A stretch of 64,000 nt of DNA from Synechococcus sp. AG-683-B21 (GTDB lineage: Bacteria; Cyanobacteriota; Cyanobacteriia; PCC-6307; Cyanobiaceae), in NCBI GenBank assembly GCA_003210515.1, contig QCVC01000002.1, positions 2,113-66,112 of the forward strand, read 5' to 3'. This document shows, piece by piece, positions 33,730-42,219 of this stretch; within the stretch, counting starts at the first letter, position 1, and every line of letters begins with the position of its first letter. The notes beneath the pieces are model-generated. The model was not told the origin of the DNA. It ran no database searches and worked only from the letters and a program-made list of their open reading frames with translations. The translations under genes and the position numbers were made by a program.

Positions 33730-34017
33730 TCAATCGCGATAACCGCCGCCGCCGCCACGGGGACCACCAGAACGTTCCCGCGGGGTGGCTTTACTGACGC
33801 GAATCATCCGGCCCATCCATTCCACGTCTTGAAGGTCATCGATGGCCTTTTGCTCGTCGGCGTCGTTCACCATCTCCACGAATGCGAAGCCTCTCTTACG
33901 ACCCGTTTCGCGGTCGAGGGGAAGACTGCAATTTTTAACTTCGCCGTACTCGGCAAACAGGTCAGAAAGATGCTCTTGTTCGGCCTGGAACGAGAGATTG
34001 CCGATGTAAATGGTCAT
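33730..34017 (-). CDS. rbp: RRM RNA-binding protein with Gly-rich tail (cyanobacterial Rbp)
   Basis: RNP2 IYIGNL, RNP1 RGFAFVEM, GGGGGY tail. Confidence 0.95.
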   Translation of the reverse strand: MTIYIGNLSFQAEQEHLSDLFAEYGEVKNCSLPLDRETGRKRGFAFVEMVNDADEQKAIDDLQDVEWMGRMIRVSKATPRERSGGPRGGGGGYRD

Positions 34018-34218
34018 GGACCGTGGAACCGTGAATGAAATCGAGCGCGTGAGCCGGTTTCGAAAACAAAGTCGAAATGGGCCGGTGGTCAGGCGTTAAC
34101 CCACAAACGTTACAGGGCGATCGCACGGAACAACACAAAAAACAAAAGCAATTCCGAAGAGCAAAGCGAAATCGAACAATCGGCTCCATTGTCAGCAGAT
34201 CCTGACGAAAGGAGAACG

Positions 34219-34407
34219 ATGGCAATGCTTCACCTCCAATCCATGCGCTGGACATCAGACGGCGAGCTCCATGATGCCGACCGAGTGATTCTGCTGAACA
34301 CCCTGATCCCCCAGTGCATTCCCTCCGTACAGACTGAACTGATCAAAGTGGTCGAACGGATCGCACTAAGCCAAACCACCCTCACTCCACAGATTTGCGA
34401 ATCCTGA
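34219..34407 (+). CDS. Small hypothetical protein
   Basis: SD AAAGGAGA upstream of ATG 34219. Confidence 0.55.
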   Translation: MAMLHLQSMRWTSDGELHDADRVILLNTLIPQCIPSVQTELIKVVERIALSQTTLTPQICES

Positions 34408-34421
34408 CAACGCGTCAGTGC

Positions 34422-34670
34422 TCAGGATTTATAAGTTTCGGCAGCGCGCTGCTTACACGTCTCACGAGCTGCGTCGATCCCCGCACCATCATCCACCTCA
34501 TCGAGGAAGCAACTGCAGGTTTCCTCACCCTTTCCTGGAGGTGGGGTTTCTCCCGCCTGTGCCATGGCCGCTTTGAACGCTGCAAGACAAAAACTTTTGA
34601 GCAAATTGTTGTCTTGGCTCGTTGCGGGAGTTGCAGCTATCAATCCCGCCATTAGGAGCGCAATCATCAA
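34422..34670 (-). CDS. Small secreted Cys-containing protein
   Basis: Signal-like N-terminus, four Cys, overlaps the helicase stop. Confidence 0.7.
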   Translation of the reverse strand: MMIALLMAGLIAATPATSQDNNLLKSFCLAAFKAAMAQAGETPPPGKGEETCSCFLDEVDDGAGIDAARETCKQRAAETYKS

Positions 34671-36514
34671 GAATCTTGGGTGATTTGCAACTCACGATTC
34701 ATCACACGAAGGGTGCGCAAACTATTGAAAATGTCCTCTGGCATGCCCTTAGGGAGATCCACAAGGCTGTGGTTGTCAAAGATTTGAATTCGACCAATTG
34801 AGCGACCTTGTAAACCGGTTTCACCGGCTATGGCACCCACAAGATTGCCGGGTTTCACCCGATCACGGTGACCAACAGCAACGCGATAGCGCTGCATATC
34901 TTCTTCAGGAGCCCGTGCCGGTCGGTCGGTCCGACGTTCACGGCGTTCCCCACGATCGCCGCGATCTCCACGGTCACGGTCCATCCGCTGGGTGTTCTGA
35001 ATCCAGTCGTCATCACCTTTACGCAACAGGCCATTCGGACCAATGGCCAGGTTGAGAGCCGCCAAGGCAATTTGTTCTGGCGTGAGTTCCAGCTCCGTCG
35101 CCACCCGCTGCATCAGTTCTTGGATGAGTGCCCCTTCCTCGGAATTGTCTGCAACACCATTGGCCGCCTCACTGAGTCGTTTCCGCAATCGATCCAAGCG
35201 ACCCTGGTTGATTGCCGTATTACCAGGCACTTCCATCAGTTCGATCGGTTGACCAGTCGCTCGCTCGAGATTGCGAATAAACCGACGTTCCCGCGGCGTC
35301 ATGAACAACACGGCTTCACCGGTGCGGCCTGCCCGACCGGTCCGACCGATGCGGTGCACATAGGCCTCGCTATCGAAGGGCATGTCGTAATTGATCACAA
35401 GACCAATCCGCTCCACATCCAATCCGCGGGCTGCCACGTCCGTGGCGACCAAAACGTCAACAGAACCACTGCGCAAGCGTTCCACGGTGCGTTCCCGTTG
35501 GTTTTGGGGAACATCGCCGTTTAAAACAGCCACCTGATGCCCTGCAGCCTCCAGGGTTTCAGCCACCGTCAGCGTGATCACTTTGGTGCGGGCAAAAATG
35601 ATCACACCCTCTCCCCCACAAGCATCCAACACCCGTTGCAAGGCCTCAAGCTTGTGGCTCATCGGCACGGTGATCGCCCGTTGCCGAATCAGCTTTCCGT
35701 CTTGATCTTTGGTTTTGATCGTGACTTCAGCTGGATCATTGAGATAACGCTTTGACAAGCGACGGATCTCGGGAGGCATCGTTGCCGAGAACAAAACCAC
35801 CTGTCGTTCCTTAGGCAGCTGCTCAAGGATCCACTCCACGTCGTCGATGAAGCCCATACGCAACATCTCATCGGCTTCATCGAGCACCAAGCTCGTGAGC
35901 CCAGACGTGTCGAGGGTGCCCTGGCGCATGTGATCCATCACACGGCCTGGCGTTCCCACCACCACATCAACGCCCCGTCGCAACGTGCTGATTTGGGAGC
36001 GGAAATCCGTGCCGCCGTAGACAGCCAGAACTTTTAAGTGGGGATGACCAGCGGCATAGGCCTTGAAGGAATCAGCCACCTGCATCGCCAATTCCCTTGT
36101 GGGAGCCAGCACCAACACTTGGGGCGTCTTCTGGCCACTCTCCAGACGTTCCAGCAGAGGCAATGCAAAAGCCGCTGTCTTACCGGTACCGGTTTGAGCC
36201 TGACCGACAAGGTCGCGGCCCAACATCAGTTCCGGGAACGCTGCCTTTTGGATCGGTGAAGGGTCGCTGTAGCCCTTGTCTGCGAGGGTTTTGAGGAGAG
36301 CTTCGCTGAAGCCAAAACCATCAAATCCGGATTGCGGCTCTGATTTGGCCTCATCGGCCGTCACCTCGGTTGAGGATGCCTCGATTGTGGTGGTGAAACC
36401 CTCTTCTTTGTTGTCGTCTTTTTGGTCGACTTCTTTTTTGTCGTCTGGCAATGCAGATGCGGAAAGATCAACTGCGCACGAGGAATCCTCGTGCTGCTGC
36501 TGCTGTTCAGTCAT
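34667..36514 (-). CDS. deaD: DEAD-box RNA helicase (DeaD/CrhR-like) with DbpA RNA-binding domain
   Basis: AQTGTGKT, PTRELA, DEAD, SAT, HRIGRTGRAG, C-terminal VKPGNLVGAI. Confidence 0.93.
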   Translation of the reverse strand: MTEQQQQHEDSSCAVDLSASALPDDKKEVDQKDDNKEEGFTTTIEASSTEVTADEAKSEPQSGFDGFGFSEALLKTLADKGYSDPSPIQKAAFPELMLGRDLVGQAQTGTGKTAAFALPLLERLESGQKTPQVLVLAPTRELAMQVADSFKAYAAGHPHLKVLAVYGGTDFRSQISTLRRGVDVVVGTPGRVMDHMRQGTLDTSGLTSLVLDEADEMLRMGFIDDVEWILEQLPKERQVVLFSATMPPEIRRLSKRYLNDPAEVTIKTKDQDGKLIRQRAITVPMSHKLEALQRVLDACGGEGVIIFARTKVITLTVAETLEAAGHQVAVLNGDVPQNQRERTVERLRSGSVDVLVATDVAARGLDVERIGLVINYDMPFDSEAYVHRIGRTGRAGRTGEAVLFMTPRERRFIRNLERATGQPIELMEVPGNTAINQGRLDRLRKRLSEAANGVADNSEEGALIQELMQRVATELELTPEQIALAALNLAIGPNGLLRKGDDDWIQNTQRMDRDRGDRGDRGERRERRTDRPARAPEEDMQRYRVAVGHRDRVKPGNLVGAIAGETGLQGRSIGRIQIFDNHSLVDLPKGMPEDIFNSLRTLRVMNRELQITQDS

Positions 36515-36620
36515 GGAAGGTGGCCCTGGCCTGATTGATCTCTGAAATCAGGCTCACAACCTCCCAACAATCCAACAGATTGCAATCCGGTTGTGTTGCC
36601 TACGCTTCAAAGGTTGGCGC

Positions 36621-36962
36621 TCAAGCTATCACCCTGCCGTAATCATCCTGCAATCGTTCGATGTCCTCCTCGCGAAGATCATCACCGTGTTGAACCTCAA
36701 TAATCACCAAATCACATTGTCCTCCTCGCGCTCGATGCACTGCCCCAATTGGGATTGTCAGCATGACTCCAGGATGTGCTTCAACCCATTCGTTGTTGCA
36801 CAAGAGCAATCCATCACCTGAAGCGACAGTCCAACTTTCACTGCGATGCTGATGCCGCTGCAACGACAATTGCTGGCCTTTGAACACCAAAAGCCGCTTC
36901 ACCTTGTAGCCCTCGCCCGACAGCAAGTGTTCGTACCAACCCCAAGGTCGATCAACGCGCAT
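36621..36962 (-). CDS. Mannose-6-phosphate isomerase type II C-terminal cupin domain protein
   Basis: RPWGWY, LSLQRHQHRSESW, IEVQHG...EEDIERLQDDYGR. Confidence 0.9.
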   Translation of the reverse strand: MRVDRPWGWYEHLLSGEGYKVKRLLVFKGQQLSLQRHQHRSESWTVASGDGLLLCNNEWVEAHPGVMLTIPIGAVHRARGGQCDLVIIEVQHGDDLREEDIERLQDDYGRVIA

Positions 36963-38554
36963 CACGGCATGATCATTAAATCCAGGCTGACACGGGCCCG
37001 TGTGATGGCCGTATAAAGAAGTCGGCAATCGTGGTCAGACCCATCAGGGGAATCCAGCGGTTGTGGCCACAGCACAAACACCGCGTCGGCCTCACTTCCC
37101 TGGGCACGATGAATGGTGAGCGCCACCGCTGGCTCCAGTCGACGCAGCCGTGCCGGATGCAAACGCCTCACCTCCACACCTCCGTCATCCGTCGCCACCC
37201 GAAACAGCAAACGGCTCTGGTCACCAGCTCCAACCGTGATTCCCAGATCACCATTGGCGAGGCCCAGTTCCGGCTGGTTCCCACCACAGATCACCGGAAG
37301 GCCGCTGGGCCAACGGCGGGGATCCGCTGCAATCACCTCCCCCAACAACGATCGATGCACATCTTCAAGGCTCCAGGGCCCACGGCGACGGGGACACAGC
37401 ACCAGATTTTGCTCCAGGGCTGATAACAGAGGCTCTGCCTGTCCACTCAACTCCGCCTCTGAACAATCGAGAAGACCCTCAGATAACTGAAGAAGTCGGC
37501 GGTGATGCCCTTGCCAGTGCTGTCGAATCAACGGTGGCAATCGGCGGGAGGATTCGCGGTGGATCCGAACATTCGCCTCAGCATCCAGCCCGGCCAGACC
37601 CCCCTGAAACGCGTCCATTCCACCCTCCCGTAAGGCACTGGCCAGTTGAGCCACAGCTCCACGGTTGCGATACGTCTGCTTGAGGTGAACGGCACCGGTC
37701 CCAAATCGTTCTCTGACATCGGATTGCTGCAAGCGATGCCAAACCGCACCACTCCCAACGGGTGGCAATTGCGCTGGATCACCAACCAACACCAAACGAC
37801 AGCACGGAGGAAGTGCAGACAGCAGCGCTTGCATCAATGCCAAATCGAGCATCGACATCTCATCGATCACCAAGAGATCCAGCTCCAGCGGTCGCTCGGC
37901 ATGGCGAGCAAATCCATGGGCACCTGCCTCAAGCCAGCGGTGCAATGTGCCGCATGGCAACCCCTTGAGTCGAGGGCGGACCGCATCGCCCAACCGTCGA
38001 GCCGCCTTACCCGTGGGTGCGGCCAAACCCATACGCAAGCCAGGATGATGCAACTGCACCCGCGCCAACAATTCCACGACGGTGCTGGTTTTGCCTGTGC
38101 CCGGTCCGCCACTGATCAGCACCACTGAAGCCTGATCCAGGGCCAAGACAGCATCGCGTTGCTCACGGTTCAAGCTCGACGGTGGATCGGTAAAACGTGG
38201 ATCGGGAGAACCTGGATCAGTCGGGGATGGGTCAGGAGATGGTGGATCGCTCGGCATCGCGCGTTCCACCAGCGCTTCCACCACGTTGTCCATCGCCTGC
38301 ATCCAACGACGCCAACCCAGACGTTGGCCCTGCAACACCAACGGCGAGGCCTCTCCCTCCAGCCAACCGCTCTGCCGCACCAGCTGCTCGCGCTCGGGAG
38401 ACAACGGCACCGTGAGGTTGCCCTGCTCCAGCGCTTCAATCAAGGCAAGGCTGAGCTGCTCAAGCTCAGGCCCATTGCGATCTGGTGGGATCCTGCGCAC
38501 CAACGCAGCGTGCAAGCCAGAGGCAAAGGAGGCGGGCCAACCAGAACTGTTCAT
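36962..38554 (-). CDS. recD: Exodeoxyribonuclease V alpha subunit
   Basis: GGPGTGKT, APTGKAA, DEMSM, GDPAQL, TIHRAQGSE, YTAITRA. Confidence 0.93.
   Translation of the reverse strand: MNSSGWPASFASGLHAALVRRIPPDRNGPELEQLSLALIEALEQGNLTVPLSPEREQLVRQSGWLEGEASPLVLQGQRLGWRRWMQAMDNVVEALVERAMPSDPPSPDPSPTDPGSPDPRFTDPPSSLNREQRDAVLALDQASVVLISGGPGTGKTSTVVELLARVQLHHPGLRMGLAAPTGKAARRLGDAVRPRLKGLPCGTLHRWLEAGAHGFARHAERPLELDLLVIDEMSMLDLALMQALLSALPPCCRLVLVGDPAQLPPVGSGAVWHRLQQSDVRERFGTGAVHLKQTYRNRGAVAQLASALREGGMDAFQGGLAGLDAEANVRIHRESSRRLPPLIRQHWQGHHRRLLQLSEGLLDCSEAELSGQAEPLLSALEQNLVLCPRRRGPWSLEDVHRSLLGEVIAADPRRWPSGLPVICGGNQPELGLANGDLGITVGAGDQSRLLFRVATDDGGVEVRRLHPARLRRLEPAVALTIHRAQGSEADAVFVLWPQPLDSPDGSDHDCRLLYTAITRARVSLDLMIMP
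38181..38250 (-). repeat. Five degenerate 15-nt tandem repeats inside recD encoding an xxDPx linker
   Basis: TGGATC or TGGGTC at 38183, 38198, 38213, 38228 and 38243. Confidence 0.8.
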
Positions 38555-41500
38555 CGATCAACCTCAGACAAGGCACAATCCAGAGCCAAAACCCGCTCCA
38601 ACGGTGCAGGTTCCACCAGACGTCCTGGTCCCACACTTGCGCTGTCCTCGAGCGAAACGAGCTGATCTCCCGGCATCCCTCTTAAAAAGGCATAGACGTA
38701 TCCACCCAGATGCTGTTCGGGGTTGTAATCCGGCAGACGCCAACGCAAGTGTCGGTGTAAGGCAACTAAGTAGAGATGGGCTTGCAATGGGTAGTGATGG
38801 TGAATCATCTGCTCTTGCATGGCGTCCTGGTGATAGTGACGCGGTCCACAACGGCCAGGGCTGCCCTCCGATCGACGTTCCCCGATCCAATTGCTCTTCC
38901 AATCCAAAACCCACCAGCGCGACTGATGGGGGTCGCAAAACACCAGGTCGATCGAGCCGGTGAGGAAGCCACGGCTATTCACCCCCAACGTGGCGAGGTG
39001 ATCGATGTATCGCCCTCCAAATCGTGCGTTGGGAGAACAACGAAAGGCTTGAACGAGATCCTTGGTGCGCACATGGCCCACCGGCAGATCAAAACTCAAC
39101 TCATGGATGCGTTGCTTCAGCCCCAATTGGCTGAGTTGCAACTGCTCTAAGGGGCCACCAAGGGGGGTTGTGAGTACATAATCCAGCCCCTCCATCACCA
39201 TCGATTGCAGGTTGCAATCCAACCCAGCCCGCCTGAGTTCCGCATCGATCACAGCTTCCCGAAGACTGTCCAGCTCGGAACGGTCCAACTTGGACCGATC
39301 CGAGCTGGACGGGTCGTCGGCGTCCGCGGCCTGAAATGGGATCTGCTCAAGAATCCGATGCAAACAATCCCCAGCCACGGCACCCCTAGGGAAATCGGCA
39401 AGGGGCCCTTGATCTGGCCAAAGCTCCGGTCCGGTGAGACTGCACTCCTCAGCTCCGGGGTCAGGGTCTCGACCTTGTTCATGCACGACAGGATCCACAG
39501 GCGCTGAGATCCAGGCGGAGTAACTCGCCCGGCCCCAGCTGCGATCGATTCGCCCAGGCGTTTCTCCAAGGCCGAGCGGCTGCTCGCTCGGCAGTGATCG
39601 CCAACGCTGAGATGTGAGTAGGGGATTGGGCAAAACACGGCGCAACAGCGACACACCCCGCTCGCTCAGGGCCAAGTCGAGGCGGTCGTCGCTGAACTGA
39701 TCCACCGAATCATGGATGGCGTCCGCACCAAACAGCCAACAGGGCAGTGGAGCGCCCTCTTGCCCCGTCGAGCGCACCCAAACCACCATCAACTGGGAGC
39801 GGGCACGGGTCATCGCGACGTAGGCCAACCGTTCCGCCTCCGCCATGGCGTCGTCAGCCGCTTGTTGCGCAGCACGGTGTCCCTTTCCCCAATGGGAATC
39901 GATCGCAATGAACCAGCGACCATCGCCCGTTTCCCGCCAGAGCGGTCCACTTTCTTGGCGCGGGGCTTGCCAGAGATAGGGACAAATCACCACGGGATAC
40001 TCCAACCCTTTGCTGCGATGGACAGTCACCACAGCCACGGCGTGATCGGCTTGGTCGCTGTGGGGCTGACGGGCTTCTGGCACCGGAGTTGTGGGATGCA
40101 AGCGCTCGCGACGCAGCCAATTCGCTGCCGTTGCACTGTCCAATCCCTGCCGATGCATTGCCTCCTGCACCAATCGACCCACCTGCTGCAGGTCCCCCAA
40201 CATTCGGCCCCGTTCGGACAAATCCGCAGTCCGCTGCCCCTCCAGGAGTTGGGCCAAACATCCCATCAAACCGAGCTTGGGTAAGGCGCGTTCCCAAAGC
40301 CGCAGTTGCTCAGCAAGCTGATCGAGTCCCCCCTCATGCTCCATCGCCTCTAAGGACCAATTCATGAGCGGGGAGCTCACCAACAGCCGCAAACAACGAT
40401 CATCACCGGGGTCTGCCAGGGCATCCAACAGGCGCTGCACCACCAGAGCGGCTTCGCTTTCCAACACATCTCCCTGGGTGACCAACCGACTGGGAATGCC
40501 AGCGGCGCCAAGAGCCCGGCGCAGGTCCGTCGCCTGTTGATGACGACTGACCAGCACACACAGATCAGAAGGGTCGGGTTGATCGGGGCCTTCCAAAATT
40601 TCAAACACCACCGCAGCGAGCTGTTGCGGCAACTGCTGCTCCAATGCCGTTCGTGATGCAGGCGTATCCAACTCCAGCTCCAGCAGCTGAAGCGCGGCCG
40701 TCGTCGGAGACACCTGATCAACGGCTTGGGCTCGCACCGCAGGAATCTCCAAGTGAGAGCGAGGCATGCCTGGCGCCATCAACGTGTTCAACCCCTCCAT
40801 CAGCGACGCGGTGGCGCGGAAGTTATCGAGCAAGTGATCAATGCGATCAACCTGATGGCGAGCCTCTAGATAGGTCCCGAGATCGCCGCCACGAAAGCGA
40901 TAAATCGCTTGCTTTGGATCGCCAACCAACAGAAGAAGATGGTGAATGCGATCACCAAAGGCCCGTCGCAGCAAACGCCACTGCACCGGATCGGTGTCTT
41001 GGAACTCATCCACCATCACCGCGCGATAGCGCTCCTGGAGCGGTGCCAGCCAATCCACCTGTCCATCACCCGGATCCATCGCCGCGAGTAATCCAGCGAA
41101 AGTGATCGCTCCACGACGACCACGACGCTCCCGCAATTCCTCAAGACCACGCTCCAGCAGATATCGCCATACCCGTTCCAATGGCTCATCCCAAAGGGCA
41201 CCAATCGCGGTCTGCAAATCCGACGCCACCAAACTGGGCTCGTCCTCTCCGCACTTCCGGGCCATCCGGCACCAACTGCCGGGGTGGAAATACTCCTTCA
41301 AGGGTTTCTCAACGGAGGCAATCGCGGCCAGCGACGGCACACCGTTTTGGATCGCGATCCATTGGTTGATCACAGCGCAGCGATCCGTGCGTGGCTTCGC
41401 GCTGTAGGGCGATGTGGAGCCACAACCCTGGGATTTCCACTGCGCAGCTGCCGCTCGAAAACTCGACTCCAGGGCGGCATGATCGCGCTCCCAATGGGAT

Positions 41501-42219
41501 TGAAACGCATGCCAAAGGCTTTCGATCCAGCACGGGAGCTGATCACGCAGCGGCGATTGCCGATCAACAATTGTCGAATCGCCGGCCAGCCGGGGGTTGG
41601 GATCTCCATCCAGTCGGGCCAAGGCCGCACCGAACGTTTGTGGCGACAACCCCCGTTGCCGTAGCCCTTGCAACTGCTCATCGGGAAGGGTCAACAGCTC
41701 CTGCTGCCAGAGGTGTTGCACCACCTCTGCCTGAAGTGCGGCCGCGTCACTCTCGAGTTGAGGTTCGATCGCCGCCCCGTTATCGAGGGCTAAACGGCGC
41801 AGGCTGCGGCGGCAAAACCCATGGATCGTGGCGATGTCAGCCCGGTCGAGTTGCTCGAGTGCCACCAACAGCCGTCGAATTCTGATGCGTCGATCCGCAG
41901 ACGCCGTGCATTGCTCCCACCATGCGGCCATGACCGGGTCGGGAGCCGTCGGGAGCGTTTCGTTCTCCAGTTGCTCCAACCCAACCAGCGCCTGCTGCAA
42001 ACGCTGACCAATCCGAGATCGCAATTCCTCAGCAGCGGCTTCGGTGTAGGTCACAACGAGCAGTGCTTCCAGCGGGTAAGCCGCCTCGGTGATTAATCGA
42101 AGGGTGAGATGGGCAAGCGCGAAGGTTTTGCCCGTCCCAGCACTGGCTTCCAACAGACGGATTCCAGGCTCAAGGGGATAGGTGTTGGCGTTAAAGCGTT
42201 CAGCCATGGTTGCGATCAA
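38551..42219 (-). CDS. recB: Exodeoxyribonuclease V beta subunit
   Basis: EASAGTGKT, DEFQDTD, GDPKQAIYRFRG, HRSKGLE, nuclease GSIDLV...DWKSN. Confidence 0.95.
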   Translation of the reverse strand: MIATMAERFNANTYPLEPGIRLLEASAGTGKTFALAHLTLRLITEAAYPLEALLVVTYTEAAAEELRSRIGQRLQQALVGLEQLENETLPTAPDPVMAAWWEQCTASADRRIRIRRLLVALEQLDRADIATIHGFCRRSLRRLALDNGAAIEPQLESDAAALQAEVVQHLWQQELLTLPDEQLQGLRQRGLSPQTFGAALARLDGDPNPRLAGDSTIVDRQSPLRDQLPCWIESLWHAFQSHWERDHAALESSFRAAAAQWKSQGCGSTSPYSAKPRTDRCAVINQWIAIQNGVPSLAAIASVEKPLKEYFHPGSWCRMARKCGEDEPSLVASDLQTAIGALWDEPLERVWRYLLERGLEELRERRGRRGAITFAGLLAAMDPGDGQVDWLAPLQERYRAVMVDEFQDTDPVQWRLLRRAFGDRIHHLLLLVGDPKQAIYRFRGGDLGTYLEARHQVDRIDHLLDNFRATASLMEGLNTLMAPGMPRSHLEIPAVRAQAVDQVSPTTAALQLLELELDTPASRTALEQQLPQQLAAVVFEILEGPDQPDPSDLCVLVSRHQQATDLRRALGAAGIPSRLVTQGDVLESEAALVVQRLLDALADPGDDRCLRLLVSSPLMNWSLEAMEHEGGLDQLAEQLRLWERALPKLGLMGCLAQLLEGQRTADLSERGRMLGDLQQVGRLVQEAMHRQGLDSATAANWLRRERLHPTTPVPEARQPHSDQADHAVAVVTVHRSKGLEYPVVICPYLWQAPRQESGPLWRETGDGRWFIAIDSHWGKGHRAAQQAADDAMAEAERLAYVAMTRARSQLMVVWVRSTGQEGAPLPCWLFGADAIHDSVDQFSDDRLDLALSERGVSLLRRVLPNPLLTSQRWRSLPSEQPLGLGETPGRIDRSWGRASYSAWISAPVDPVVHEQGRDPDPGAEECSLTGPELWPDQGPLADFPRGAVAGDCLHRILEQIPFQAADADDPSSSDRSKLDRSELDSLREAVIDAELRRAGLDCNLQSMVMEGLDYVLTTPLGGPLEQLQLSQLGLKQRIHELSFDLPVGHVRTKDLVQAFRCSPNARFGGRYIDHLATLGVNSRGFLTGSIDLVFCDPHQSRWWVLDWKSNWIGERRSEGSPGRCGPRHYHQDAMQEQMIHHHYPLQAHLYLVALHRHLRWRLPDYNPEQHLGGYVYAFLRGMPGDQLVSLEDSASVGPGRLVEPAPLERVLALDCALSEVDR
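39268..39310. repeat. 43-bp near-perfect palindrome inside recB
   Basis: GTCCAGCTCGGA-a-CGGTCCAA-c-TTGGACCG-a-TCCGAGCTGGAC. Confidence 0.85.

Noticed and set aside
34930-34990. 9-nt repeats encoding RGDRGDRGE in the helicase
   Set aside because: Typical Arg/Gly/Asp-rich linker of DEAD-box helicases
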